A DNA stretch of 64,000 bases from an uncultured Gammaproteobacteria bacterium (GTDB lineage: Bacteria > Patescibacteriota > Patescibacteriia > Magasanikbacterales > UBA922). The DNA is taken from the NCBI GenBank assembly GCA_964550845.1, contig CAZKAD010000001.1, positions 21,342 to 85,341 on the forward strand. Direction: 5' to 3'. Numbering within the stretch: position 1 is the stretch's first letter; each line of letters opens with the position of its first letter. Of this stretch, positions 50,355-59,622 are shown piece by piece. The position numbers and the translations under genes are program-made. The notes under the pieces were generated by a model. The model saw only the letters and a list, made by a program, of their open reading frames with translations, made no database searches and had not been told where the DNA came from.

Positions 50355-50747
50355 TTAAAATAAAAGGGTTGGATTTTGTGGCTGTTGAGCAGGAACTTTA
50401 TCCATAAAAATTTTGATTAGTTTAATTAAGTCTGGATGCAATTTGGCTAAGTCAAAACTGACCATTTTTGGTTTGACAGTCAGTTGCAGAAAATCATTTA
50501 GTCCAAACAAATGACTATGAATTCGGATCAGCATATAAATATTATTTTGTATGTCTGGTCCAAGAGTCTTTTCTTTTGATCGAGTTTTAACATCTTCATA
50601 CAATTGTTCCATTTCTTTTTCATTTAATGGAGCTCGTTGAGCAATCAACGGGGCCAGATTTGCATAAAGAGGATATTGATTTGTGTATGGAGTAATCGAA
50701 GTAATCGAAGTACTTGTTACGGTTGTTTTGGAGTCGTTGACTGACAT
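50355..50747 (-). CDS. hypothetical protein
   Basis: 130-aa ORF. May be the 3' part of a longer gene (see findings). Confidence 0.5.
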   Translation of the reverse strand: MSVNDSKTTVTSTSITSITPYTNQYPLYANLAPLIAQRAPLNEKEMEQLYEDVKTRSKEKTLGPDIQNNIYMLIRIHSHLFGLNDFLQLTVKPKMVSFDLAKLHPDLIKLIKIFMDKVPAQQPQNPTLLF

Positions 50748-50887
50748 TGCGGTGAAATGGTGAGTTTTTCAAACTGAGCTGCAAGTACAACTTCTTGAGT
50801 AGCTGAATACGTAGAGGGAATAATTACTGAGTTTGGAATAGAAGGAAGAGATGTTGTTCCCGGATAAATCCGAATCGGTTGGCTCAT

Positions 50888-50895
50888 AAAATTGA
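50888..50895 (+). promoter_or_regulatory. AAAATTGA promoter-like octamer
   Basis: 66 nt upstream of the RNase H ATG 50961. Confidence 0.6.
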
Positions 50896-50960
50896 TTTTA
50901 CTTTCTGGATTGAGAGATCAAATCAATTTATTTGTTTATTTATTCAAGTGAAAAAAGGAG

Positions 50961-51533
50961 ATGAAATTCTATGCAGTTGCAGTCGGTCGTGTACCAGGGA
51001 TTTATACATCTTGGCCTGAAGCGCAAAAACAAATTCATGGCTATTCAGGAGCGAAATATAAGTCTTTTTCTGAGAAATCTCAAGCCGAGACCTATATGAA
51101 ACTTTTTGTTCATCGAGATGAAGAGAAAAAAGAAGATCGCCACATTATCTACACCGATGGTAGCGCGGTAAATGGAACTGCTGGAGCTGCTGCTGTTTCG
51201 CTGGAGAAGAAATTGGTTTACTACGGAAGACCATCCGGTGAACAGACGAATAATCGAGGAGAACTTTCCGGCATTCGTCTTGCTCTTTGTTTTGAAGGTT
51301 CTTTATTGATCTATTCTGACTCAGAATATGCAATTGGTGTAATCACTGGAAGTCTTGCTGCAAAGAAGAATCTTGATTTAATCGAGATTATTCGAAAGGA
51401 AATGGCCGGTCGAGATATCGTTTTTCGCAAAGTGCTTGCTCATTCTGGAGTTGAAGGGAATGAATTGGCCGATCATTACGCGGATAAAGGACGATCTTTA
51501 TCTGAAGGTACAATTGTACAAGAAAAACTTTAA
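50961..51533 (+). CDS. RNase H1 with N-terminal hybrid-binding domain
   Basis: FYAVAVGRVPGIYTSWPEAQKQIHGYSGAKYKSF. Catalytic IYTDGS, NNRGELSGI, IYSDSEY, GNELADHYA. Confidence 0.9.
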   Translation: MKFYAVAVGRVPGIYTSWPEAQKQIHGYSGAKYKSFSEKSQAETYMKLFVHRDEEKKEDRHIIYTDGSAVNGTAGAAAVSLEKKLVYYGRPSGEQTNNRGELSGIRLALCFEGSLLIYSDSEYAIGVITGSLAAKKNLDLIEIIRKEMAGRDIVFRKVLAHSGVEGNELADHYADKGRSLSEGTIVQEKL

Positions 51534-51573
51534 CCAACCCTTTAGACGTTCAAACGTCTCTCGGACTGGTTAA
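51529..51573. repeat. nested palindrome of the TTAAAC family between convergent genes
   Basis: ttaaccaaccc...agacgttcaaacgtct...ggactggttaa. Confidence 0.7.
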
Positions 51574-52055
51574 ATACGATTATCTTTTCGAAGATCTTGT
51601 TCGAACTTTTCGAGTTGTCGGCAAAAATATAAATTCGGAGAAGCAACTTCGCGCTTAGATTTAATTGATTTTAATATCTCCTGAAATGGTTTCTTTTCCG
51701 ACCACATTAAATAACCTGCTAATATTGATGCAGATCGAGAAATTCCTTGTGCACAATGAATTAATACCGCTTCTCCATTTTTAAGATGTTGATCAATAAT
51801 TGGAATAATTTTTGGAAGAATAGTTAGAATGTCTTGTTGATGATCATCATTCATACTCAGAAAGTAATGAGTAAGATTTTGATGGCCAAAAAGTTTTGAT
51901 TCTACTTCAATGGCACAATTAACTACAACTGTAATGTTCAACTGTTGCAAGAGCCAAATTGAATTTGCCATCTTGGCATTACCAAGGAAAAGATTTTTTC
52001 TTATTTCTGCACCAGCAAATCTTGCCGGTTGAGCAAATACTGCGCGGTTGAGCAT
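51570..52055 (-). CDS. dual-specificity protein phosphatase
   Basis: VLIHCAQGISRSASILAGYLM. Start at MLNRAVF (52055), because the 52166 extension reads through repeat 52113..52152. Confidence 0.88.
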   Translation of the reverse strand: MLNRAVFAQPARFAGAEIRKNLFLGNAKMANSIWLLQQLNITVVVNCAIEVESKLFGHQNLTHYFLSMNDDHQQDILTILPKIIPIIDQHLKNGEAVLIHCAQGISRSASILAGYLMWSEKKPFQEILKSIKSKREVASPNLYFCRQLEKFEQDLRKDNRI

Positions 52056-52112
52056 ATTTTTCTTTCTTCGAGAAGAAAGAAAATGTTTTAAATATGACAA
52101 CGAGTTTTTAAG

Positions 52113-52152
52113 GACGTTTAACCACTTCAGAGAGTCCTTCGGGACGTTTAAA
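52113..52152 (-). repeat. TTAAAC-hairpin repeat, reverse orientation (2 copies)
   Basis: gacgtttaac...gtccttcgggacgtttaaa. The second copy contains the stop of gene 52148..53866. Confidence 0.8.
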
Positions 52153-53866
52153 GAAATGAGGCGCAATGTTGCAACTGATCGGCGTTTATTTTTCTTCCAA
52201 CCGCTGCATTTGGAATAGTTTGGAGGTCCATTGGAGGTGCGCTTGGAATTTGAAGTGCTCGAGGGATAAGCTGATCGACTACAGGAGCTGATGTCGGAGT
52301 TGGAGCCATGCTCAGTTGTGGTACACCCGATTGTGATGGAGCCATACTCAACCGACCAGCTTGAGCTGAAGTCATCAAAGGAAAGCCTGGGACACTTCTT
52401 CCGGAACCTTGTGAGACTGACATTGCCCGAACTGAAGATTTGTTCAAACCAAAAGTGGCCTGAAGAGCGGGAGAAACTGAGCTTCTTGCTTTTCTTCGAA
52501 TCGATCGAACCAATGAATCCTTTTTCTTCTTTGAGATATTTTCAATCCCCATTTGCTGAGCAATTTCTTTCAAGTCAGCCACCTTCAATTCTCGAAGCTC
52601 AGTCGTTGAAGGAATCTCCATTGATCGATCGTCAACAATTTTTGGTTGATCGACTACTCCAGCTACACCAATATCCTTGTTGAGCAAAATTCGTCTCAAA
52701 GAGCGAGGAGAATATCTTGAATATCCCCTGACACCTTCAGCCTTGGCGAGCTCTCGAAGGTCACCCACGCTCAGATCTTGAACCACAGATTCGTAATCTC
52801 GGACGTTGTATTTACGTGGTGAAATAGCTCTTACTGATTTCTGTTTGATCTTTTCAATTAAATCAATTTTCTTCAAATCCTTCTCATCGATAACGTTGAG
52901 ATCTTTTGCAATTTTGTGTAGGGCTTTTGCACTCTTCAAACTCAAGTTAACTTCTCCACTTTCATTTCCAATCAACAAAGGTCGTCGAGGGCTCTTCAAT
53001 CCGTAAGGAACATCCGCCTCGGGCAATGATTTGGCGATATCAAGAAACATCTCACGCATGATGGCCAATGCTTCTTTGCGAGATGATCCACTTGGAACCT
53101 TGACACCAATCTTTTTTCCGAAACTCACCATTTCTTTGACCTTCATATCGAGAACATCTTGCCAAGCAATTCCGTCAAGAGACAGATCTTCAACTCTTGG
53201 AGCAACTTTTGATCCTCGCAATTGAGGCAAACTGTTCGGGTCGACTTTGATTCGTTGAGCGAAAGAATTCAAAGCTGCTTGAGAACCATAGACCGGACGA
53301 GAATTGATTTCAACGCGAGCTGAGTCTTTAGGCAAACCTCGAGGAATGTCACAGTCTTGTTTATCAAGATTGCAAATGAGTTCATCACGACATCCGACAA
53401 AGTCACCTTCCGAACTCACATTCAAATTACATTTTTCACTGTCGAGGAAAGCCAACAGAGCACTTCTCAACAATTTCAGATCTCTATCACTGTCACGAAA
53501 TTGGGAATATCCAGGCATATTCACTTTCTTCGCAATTTCCTTCAGGCCTGAGATATAAGGTTCTTCGATAATTTTTTGTCTCATCACTGCACGTCGACCT
53601 TGTTTGGTTCGGCTTTCTTTTTGTTCTGCGCGTCCAGAAACAAACGATTTGGCTGCGAGAAGAGTTTCACGCATCACTTCTCTTTTTTGAGATGGAGTTC
53701 GATATTTCCGATTCAATTCAGCCAAGCAGCTTTCATCACAACTTTCGATTGCGAGGAGAAATTGTTTCCAAATTTGATCTACTTCCTCTGATTCGAGGTA
53801 AAGAATATCGTTCGGGGTTGCGACTTTAGCAAATCTTGATTCAGGATCTAAGCGAATGTTCGACAT
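52148..53866 (-). CDS. protein with about five HeH/SAP (Rho_N-like) motifs and Pro/Ala/Ser-rich tail
   Basis: LKEIAKKVNMPGYSQF, MVSFGKKIGVKVPSGSSRKEALAIM, LHKIAKDLNVIDEKDLKKIDLIEKI, VGDLRELAKAEGVRGYSRYSPRSLRRIL, VADLKEIAQQMGIENISKKKKDSLVRSI. Confidence 0.7.
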   Translation of the reverse strand: MSNIRLDPESRFAKVATPNDILYLESEEVDQIWKQFLLAIESCDESCLAELNRKYRTPSQKREVMRETLLAAKSFVSGRAEQKESRTKQGRRAVMRQKIIEEPYISGLKEIAKKVNMPGYSQFRDSDRDLKLLRSALLAFLDSEKCNLNVSSEGDFVGCRDELICNLDKQDCDIPRGLPKDSARVEINSRPVYGSQAALNSFAQRIKVDPNSLPQLRGSKVAPRVEDLSLDGIAWQDVLDMKVKEMVSFGKKIGVKVPSGSSRKEALAIMREMFLDIAKSLPEADVPYGLKSPRRPLLIGNESGEVNLSLKSAKALHKIAKDLNVIDEKDLKKIDLIEKIKQKSVRAISPRKYNVRDYESVVQDLSVGDLRELAKAEGVRGYSRYSPRSLRRILLNKDIGVAGVVDQPKIVDDRSMEIPSTTELRELKVADLKEIAQQMGIENISKKKKDSLVRSIRRKARSSVSPALQATFGLNKSSVRAMSVSQGSGRSVPGFPLMTSAQAGRLSMAPSQSGVPQLSMAPTPTSAPVVDQLIPRALQIPSAPPMDLQTIPNAAVGRKINADQLQHCASFL

Positions 53867-53934
53867 CGTCTTTTGGGTAGCGATTTAATTTCTAGAAATA
53901 ATTTTTGAAGATTTGAATTTTTCTTCGGGGGAGA

Positions 53935-53998
53935 TTAAACGTCCCGAAGGACTGATTAAACGTCCAAAGGACTGATTAAACGTCCCGAAGGACTGATT
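53935..53998 (+). repeat. TTAAAC-hairpin repeat array (20-21 bp unit, 3 copies)
   Basis: ttaaacgtcccgaaggactga x3, immediately upstream of AAAATTGA 54001 and the RPB1 start. Confidence 0.95.
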
Positions 53999-54000
53999 AA

Positions 54001-54008
54001 AAAATTGA
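54001..54008 (+). promoter_or_regulatory. AAAATTGA promoter-like octamer
   Basis: 43 nt upstream of the RPB1 ATG 54051. Confidence 0.65.
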
Positions 54009-54050
54009 TGAAACTTTTCAATCTCTCTTTGAAAAAGATATAGATATCCA

Positions 54051-56987
54051 ATGCAGATTGGAGAGGTGGTTGTACGTCTCCTATCACCAGAAGAAATATG
54101 TGCCTTTTCTGTTTGTGAGGTAAAGTATGAGAAGATTCGAAAGAACGATGATAATACTGAAACTCCAGCTGATCCAAGACTTGGAACTCTTGATGAAACA
54201 CCATGCAAAACATGTGGATGTGAATTTCGAGACTGTCCAGGGCACTTTGGTCATATTGTACTTGCAACGCCTATCATTCATCCTCTTGATCGATTTCCGA
54301 TTATTACGGCCGAACTTCTTTCTTGTTTTTGTAGCAATTGTTGTAGATTGCTAGTAACCCGAGAGATGTTAATGATTGAGCGAATAGGTAAATTGCAGAA
54401 AAATAAACGTCTCGCTAAAATCGTAGCTCTTTGTACGAAAATGGGTATTTGTTATCACTGTAATCAAAAAACATTGAAATATAAGCTTGATACCAGCTCG
54501 GGAAGAGCCAAAATCTATTCTCAAATAAAAACGATCACCGGAAACGATGATACCCCAGTTGAGATTCCCGTTGAACAAATTTACAACATTTTCTCCAGAG
54601 TCTTAGATGATGATCTTAAATTGCTTGGAATCAATCCAAAACAATTTCATCCCAAGAATTTGATTATACGTATCTTACCTGTATTGCCATTGAAAACAAT
54701 GCCTTATATTGTTACAGATAATGAAAAGAGAGAAGATGATTTAATGACTTTCTATCGAAATATCCTTAAGGTTAATTCAAGAATTCTTTCTCATTCATAT
54801 GTTGATCTTGACAAAGAGATTAGCAGTCTTGTCTTTTACATCAGTAATTTTATGGATAATTCAAAAAAGAAAGTTCGCCAACCGAACGGAAGAGCACATA
54901 AATCACTTCGTGAACTTCTTTCAAGTAAAAAAGGTCTACCCCGTATGTGCCTCCTTGGTAAAAGAGTGCACTATTCAAGTCGTACTGTAATTGGAGGTGA
55001 TCCAACTCTTGCGACTGACGAAATCTTTATTCCAAATTGCATTGCTTCAACTGTTTCTGTTCCAGAAACAGTCACTTCGTTCTCAAAAACCAAGCTTGAA
55101 GCACTGTTGAATAAGGGAGAGATTAATTTTATCTCTCGAATCGAGAATGGAACGAAGCGTGTACTCAATCCAAGAATTGCAACCAAAACACAAGGAACAA
55201 TCTTACTTCCGGGTGACAGAGTCTTTCGAAATGAGGTTGAAGTTAAACTTCAACGGAGCGGAGATTTACGCCAAGGAGATCGAATTGTCCGAAAAGTGCT
55301 TAAAAATGGTCAAACAATTGAAGAAACTCTACACGCCGAAGAACCAAAGAAAAGATCTTTCCTTCTTCATGATGGAGATATTGCCCATCGATGGTTACAG
55401 AATGGAGACTGGGTGATTGTCAATCGACAGCCTTCTCTTCATGCTCAATCAATGCTTGGACTCAAAGTAAAACGAACCAATCAGAAACCTGGGAAATATA
55501 CATTTGAAGAACGATCAATTCGTCTTCCTCCAGATGCAATTACTCCTTTGAATGCAGATTTTGATGGTGATGAAAGTAATGTTCACAATCCACAAAATTT
55601 AATGGCAAAATCAGAATATGCAGTTTTAATTAACATTGCTAACAACATTATTGCGAATCAATCTTCAAGACCTTTGATTGGATTGGTGCAAGATGCTCTG
55701 ATTGGATGTTGGAAAATGACACAAGGATGGGTCCCAATTCCAGTCAGCTTGTTTCAAGATATGATTGTCACTGCAAATATCAGTCTTGAGAGAATTGATC
55801 AAGTCCGGCAAGTATATCAAAGGATTTTCGGCGATGGAGATAAATATCTCTATACTGGAAGAGGTATATTGTCGACTGCATTGCCAATTACTTTCAATTA
55901 TAGCTCAAAGAGCAAATCTTATAACTCAGAATCTCTTCAAATTGAAAGAGGTGTAATAATTTCTGGAGCTTATGGAAAAAGCTCGGTTGGAAATCGAAAC
56001 GGAGCAATCCATCATTTTCTCCGAGAAAAAGAAGCGATTCAATTTCTGACTAAAACTCATACTCTTGCTTACGCGTGGGTAGTTCAAAATGCAATCGGTG
56101 TTGGATTATCTGATTGTATTCCTCCGATTGTAGATAACTTCGGAATGATTCCACAAGCGCGCGAACATATTGAAGCAAGTTATCTGAATGCTGTCATTTC
56201 AGAAGAAATTATTTCAGGACGAATCGCGGAACTCTCAGTTTGTCGCGTCTTGAATAATGCTCGTAATGTTGGTCACAAGATTGCCAGTGAATTGATCGGA
56301 AATTCAAATCGAATCAAGCAAATGATTGATGCCGGGTCAAAAGGATCAATGAACAATTTGACTCAAATCATGGTAGCACTTGGACAAAACACCGTGTACA
56401 ACAGACGAATTCCAATGACAAATATTGATGGACTTCGTACATTGCCACATTTTTCAGCCAATAAAGATAATCTGGCTAAAAAATATGAAGAAAGAGGTTT
56501 TATTGATACTTCGTTCTTCAATGGATTGAATCCAATCCAATTCTTTAATCACGCCCAAACCGGCCGTGAAGGTATTGTTAATACCGGTGTCACTACTCGA
56601 GGTTTCGGATACATTCAGAGAAAACTCACTGCATTGTTGAAGAATATCACTATTGCTCAAGATTTTACTGTTCGAGATTGTGGAACAAATCAAATTGTTC
56701 AATTCATTTATGGAGAATTTGGTTTTGCTCCTTCGAAACAAAATCGAGATAAAGGTCAACTTTATGTTGATATCACGACAGCAATTGATAAAATTACAAT
56801 CGAATATGAACTTAAGCATCAGATTGAAGAAATTTCACTCTCAGAACAACAGAAGAGAGATGCTCAAGAAGAAATTGAAGCTGATCGAATCTCGATTGCA
56901 TCAGGTGCAAGTGATAATGATGGTTCTGCCTCAGAAGATTCTATCTCCAACGCAAGTGGAGATGAAAATGATTTTGATGACTTTTAA
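54051..56987 (+). CDS. RPB1: DNA-directed RNA polymerase largest subunit, N-terminal portion only (A'-like)
   Basis: LSPEEICAFSV, zinc sites CKTCGCEFRDCPGHFGH, NRQPSLH, NADFDGDE, bridge helix GREGIVNTGVTTRGFGYIQRKL, QFIYGEFG. Then an acidic non-homologous tail and stop. No trigger-loop region. Confidence 0.93.
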   Translation: MQIGEVVVRLLSPEEICAFSVCEVKYEKIRKNDDNTETPADPRLGTLDETPCKTCGCEFRDCPGHFGHIVLATPIIHPLDRFPIITAELLSCFCSNCCRLLVTREMLMIERIGKLQKNKRLAKIVALCTKMGICYHCNQKTLKYKLDTSSGRAKIYSQIKTITGNDDTPVEIPVEQIYNIFSRVLDDDLKLLGINPKQFHPKNLIIRILPVLPLKTMPYIVTDNEKREDDLMTFYRNILKVNSRILSHSYVDLDKEISSLVFYISNFMDNSKKKVRQPNGRAHKSLRELLSSKKGLPRMCLLGKRVHYSSRTVIGGDPTLATDEIFIPNCIASTVSVPETVTSFSKTKLEALLNKGEINFISRIENGTKRVLNPRIATKTQGTILLPGDRVFRNEVEVKLQRSGDLRQGDRIVRKVLKNGQTIEETLHAEEPKKRSFLLHDGDIAHRWLQNGDWVIVNRQPSLHAQSMLGLKVKRTNQKPGKYTFEERSIRLPPDAITPLNADFDGDESNVHNPQNLMAKSEYAVLINIANNIIANQSSRPLIGLVQDALIGCWKMTQGWVPIPVSLFQDMIVTANISLERIDQVRQVYQRIFGDGDKYLYTGRGILSTALPITFNYSSKSKSYNSESLQIERGVIISGAYGKSSVGNRNGAIHHFLREKEAIQFLTKTHTLAYAWVVQNAIGVGLSDCIPPIVDNFGMIPQAREHIEASYLNAVISEEIISGRIAELSVCRVLNNARNVGHKIASELIGNSNRIKQMIDAGSKGSMNNLTQIMVALGQNTVYNRRIPMTNIDGLRTLPHFSANKDNLAKKYEERGFIDTSFFNGLNPIQFFNHAQTGREGIVNTGVTTRGFGYIQRKLTALLKNITIAQDFTVRDCGTNQIVQFIYGEFGFAPSKQNRDKGQLYVDITTAIDKITIEYELKHQIEEISLSEQQKRDAQEEIEADRISIASGASDNDGSASEDSISNASGDENDFDDF

Positions 56988-56995
56988 CAAATTTT

Positions 56996-57019
56996 TTATT
57001 TACTCCGAGGAGTAAATAA
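56996..57019. terminator. hairpin between convergent genes
   Basis: ttatttactcc-ga-ggagtaaataa. Confidence 0.6.
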
Positions 57020-57048
57020 TTAATAATTATCGGATATCGATTATTAGC

Positions 57049-57642
57049 CTATACCGAGTTCTTTGGTTGGTAAAATTCATAGAACTGATCTACAATTCGA
57101 TCAGGAAGATATCCATAATTTTCTTCCCAGTAATAGAGTAAGATAGCAATATCATCACTATCTTTGACAGCATAAAGGGGAGCAATATGACTTACTGCGA
57201 GCTCACCTCCGAAATATTCTTCAGTCAATTGCAAAATTTTCTTGTGTTCTGGTGAAAGAAGTTTGCGTGGCATTTCTAAGAGATCTTTTCGATCGGCGCC
57301 GGAAGGTTGTTCAAATGCTTTATTGAACAAAGAGATATCAATTGGTTGGAGACTAAAAAAGGAAATAAATTCCATCAACTTGGCAATAAATTTCTTCTTC
57401 GAGACTCCATAGGCTTCAGGCGTTTGAAGCATGGCATCGACAAGTTGGGTGGAATCTTTGTTCTCCTTCCATTGTTCAAGAAGAATCTTTCGAATTGTAT
57501 CTTCTCGTTCACCACATTTGAGTTTGGTCGCGATTTTCTCGGAGAGAATTCGGTCACCTTGATGAATCAATTCTTCAACCATTAGCTTGCGGATCCGTTT
57601 TTTTGCCTCATATTCTTCGAGAGATTCCTCGGCCTCGGACAT
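57049..57642 (-). CDS. hypothetical protein
   Basis: 197-aa ORF. Confidence 0.6.
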   Translation of the reverse strand: MSEAEESLEEYEAKKRIRKLMVEELIHQGDRILSEKIATKLKCGEREDTIRKILLEQWKENKDSTQLVDAMLQTPEAYGVSKKKFIAKLMEFISFFSLQPIDISLFNKAFEQPSGADRKDLLEMPRKLLSPEHKKILQLTEEYFGGELAVSHIAPLYAVKDSDDIAILLYYWEENYGYLPDRIVDQFYEFYQPKNSV

Positions 57643-57695
57643 TTTGTTTTCTTTCCAACCTATCGAGAAAAAATCATTTTTGATACTTCGTCACG

Positions 57696-57703
57696 AAAAT
57701 TGA
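57696..57703 (+). promoter_or_regulatory. AAAATTGA promoter-like octamer
   Basis: 44 nt upstream of the SNF2 ATG 57747. Confidence 0.65.
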
Positions 57704-57746
57704 TTTTTCAATCTTAAAAAATCTATCACTGCATCACAGTTCAAAA

Positions 57747-59537
57747 ATGGAACAAAAATATTCCCTTGAGGCTAAATATTCATTTGAAGGTGTTTCTCGT
57801 GATGAAATTTTGAAGGCGTACAAAGATAAGCTGGCCGAACAGCCAGCTGAATCGAAGATACCTCTCTTTTATCATCAATTGTACAATATCCGACAAATGC
57901 GCGAGCGAGAAAAGTCACTCTGCATCCCACTGAGTAATGATGACACTGTTCAATCGAGAGTTGGAATTTTGGGAGATCCTCCTGGAACCGGCAAGACGAA
58001 GACTGCAATTTTTGCAATCAAACAGTCTGGTCTCGATTGGCCAAAAACACCCTTCTACACGCAAACAATCCAAGTTTGTTCAAATATTGATGGCAACATC
58101 CGCATTGAACGAAAAGAAAGTTTCATTCGAACTCAGACGACCTGTATTATTACCAATGCGAGTATTTTGAATCAGTGGTTGGAAGAGTTGGTTCTTGCGA
58201 ATATCTCTTACAAAGCGATTCGCAATCATGCTGATTTTCAAACAGATGAAGTGTTTCGATATGAAGTGGTTGTCTGCGTTGATACGATGTATAACGATTT
58301 TGCTGCAAAGTTTCACACTCATGCTTTCAAAGCAATGTACTTCGATGAAATGGATAGCACCTATATTCCAAACATGGAAAGAATGGTGGCTGGATTTTAC
58401 TGGCTCATTTCAGCAACTTTTTCAACTGTGCTTGAGAAGGTCCTTCGTTCGAGAAATCTTCATTTTATGAAGCGATTGTTCAATGAAATTTTGAGCGATA
58501 CTTATTCACAAGAAGATTTGCTAAATGCAATTACGATTCTCTCTCCCGAAGATCTTCGAGATTTGAATCCATTGCCAGATTGTGCATACGTTTTTAACTA
58601 TGAAAATGAAGGATATCATCTTACTCAAGCTCTTTATCCTTTCTTGGACAAAGAGATCATTTCTATGATTGAAAGTGGGGATGTTTGGAATGTACCACAA
58701 AAAATTATTCGAGATACCGAACTTGAAAACTTGTATTCGGTATTGGTCGAAAAAATCGGTCAACAACTTCTTGAAACTGAAGAGAAGATGGCAAAGTATG
58801 CTGGTAAGAGCCTTGCCAAAAAGACCTACGAAGAATGGGTCAAACGAAATCAAATTGTAATCCGAAAGAGAAATCTTCTCTCCGAACTTATCCAGAAAGC
58901 AATGGAAAAACCATGCCCGACTTGTGGTGGGATTATGATTGAACCTCAATTGGCTCTTTGTTGCTATGCCAATGTTTGCTTGAAATGTGCAAAAGGAATG
59001 CACAAAGAAGACTGTAAGATGTGCAAGAAGAAATTCGTTCCCATCCCATTTTTTGAAGCAAAAGAAGATAAAGAAAAATATTGCCCATGTCAAGAAGGTG
59101 TATCAGAGGATGCAAATCTATCGACCAATATTCACCAACCGAAAACCAAGTTGGATCAGGTTCGAGAAATCTTAAAGCAAGGACAGAAAATTTTAATTTT
59201 TGCTTCCTCCAATGGATCGTTTGAAACTTTGACCAAGACGATTGTAGAGATTGGAAAGAAATCTCTTCTCTTCACTGGATCAAATGCAACTCGTGAAAAG
59301 TTACTCTCACAATTTAAATCTGGTAAAGTCGATTGTCTGATCATGAAAGATCAGAAAAATAGTGCTGGAATGAATCTCCAGTGTACGACAGATATTATCA
59401 TTTGGAATTACATGCCACCAGCGTTTGAAAGACAAGCTATCGGTCGAGCTGTTCGACCTGGTCTTGATCATGATGTCAAAATTCACCGATTCAGTCTCCA
59501 AGTCAAGTTCTTTAACGAGTCCCTTGAGGACGTTTAA
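57747..59537 (+). CDS. SNF2-family helicase with embedded RING finger (RAD5/RAD16-like architecture)
   Basis: GDPPGTGKT, MYFDEMDS, RING CPTCGG...CCYANVCLKC...CKMCKK, motif V/VI AGMNLQ...ERQAIGRAVRPG. Confidence 0.85.
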   Translation: MEQKYSLEAKYSFEGVSRDEILKAYKDKLAEQPAESKIPLFYHQLYNIRQMREREKSLCIPLSNDDTVQSRVGILGDPPGTGKTKTAIFAIKQSGLDWPKTPFYTQTIQVCSNIDGNIRIERKESFIRTQTTCIITNASILNQWLEELVLANISYKAIRNHADFQTDEVFRYEVVVCVDTMYNDFAAKFHTHAFKAMYFDEMDSTYIPNMERMVAGFYWLISATFSTVLEKVLRSRNLHFMKRLFNEILSDTYSQEDLLNAITILSPEDLRDLNPLPDCAYVFNYENEGYHLTQALYPFLDKEIISMIESGDVWNVPQKIIRDTELENLYSVLVEKIGQQLLETEEKMAKYAGKSLAKKTYEEWVKRNQIVIRKRNLLSELIQKAMEKPCPTCGGIMIEPQLALCCYANVCLKCAKGMHKEDCKMCKKKFVPIPFFEAKEDKEKYCPCQEGVSEDANLSTNIHQPKTKLDQVREILKQGQKILIFASSNGSFETLTKTIVEIGKKSLLFTGSNATREKLLSQFKSGKVDCLIMKDQKNSAGMNLQCTTDIIIWNYMPPAFERQAIGRAVRPGLDHDVKIHRFSLQVKFFNESLEDV

Positions 59538-59576
59538 CGAGTCCCTTGAGGACGTTTAACGAGTCCCTCGAGGACG
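59511..59576 (-). repeat. TTAAAC-hairpin repeat array, reverse orientation (22-bp unit, 3 copies)
   Basis: tttaacgagtcccttgaggacg x3. Overlaps the last codons and stop of the SNF2 gene. Confidence 0.95.
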
Positions 59577-59589
59577 TAGAAAGAAACTC

Positions 59590-59615
59590 AATAAATTCTC
59601 CTCGGAGAATTTATT
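59590..59615. terminator. hairpin between convergent genes (12-bp stem)
   Basis: aataaattctcc-tc-ggagaatttatt. Confidence 0.6.
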
Positions 59616-59622
59616 ATTCTTA

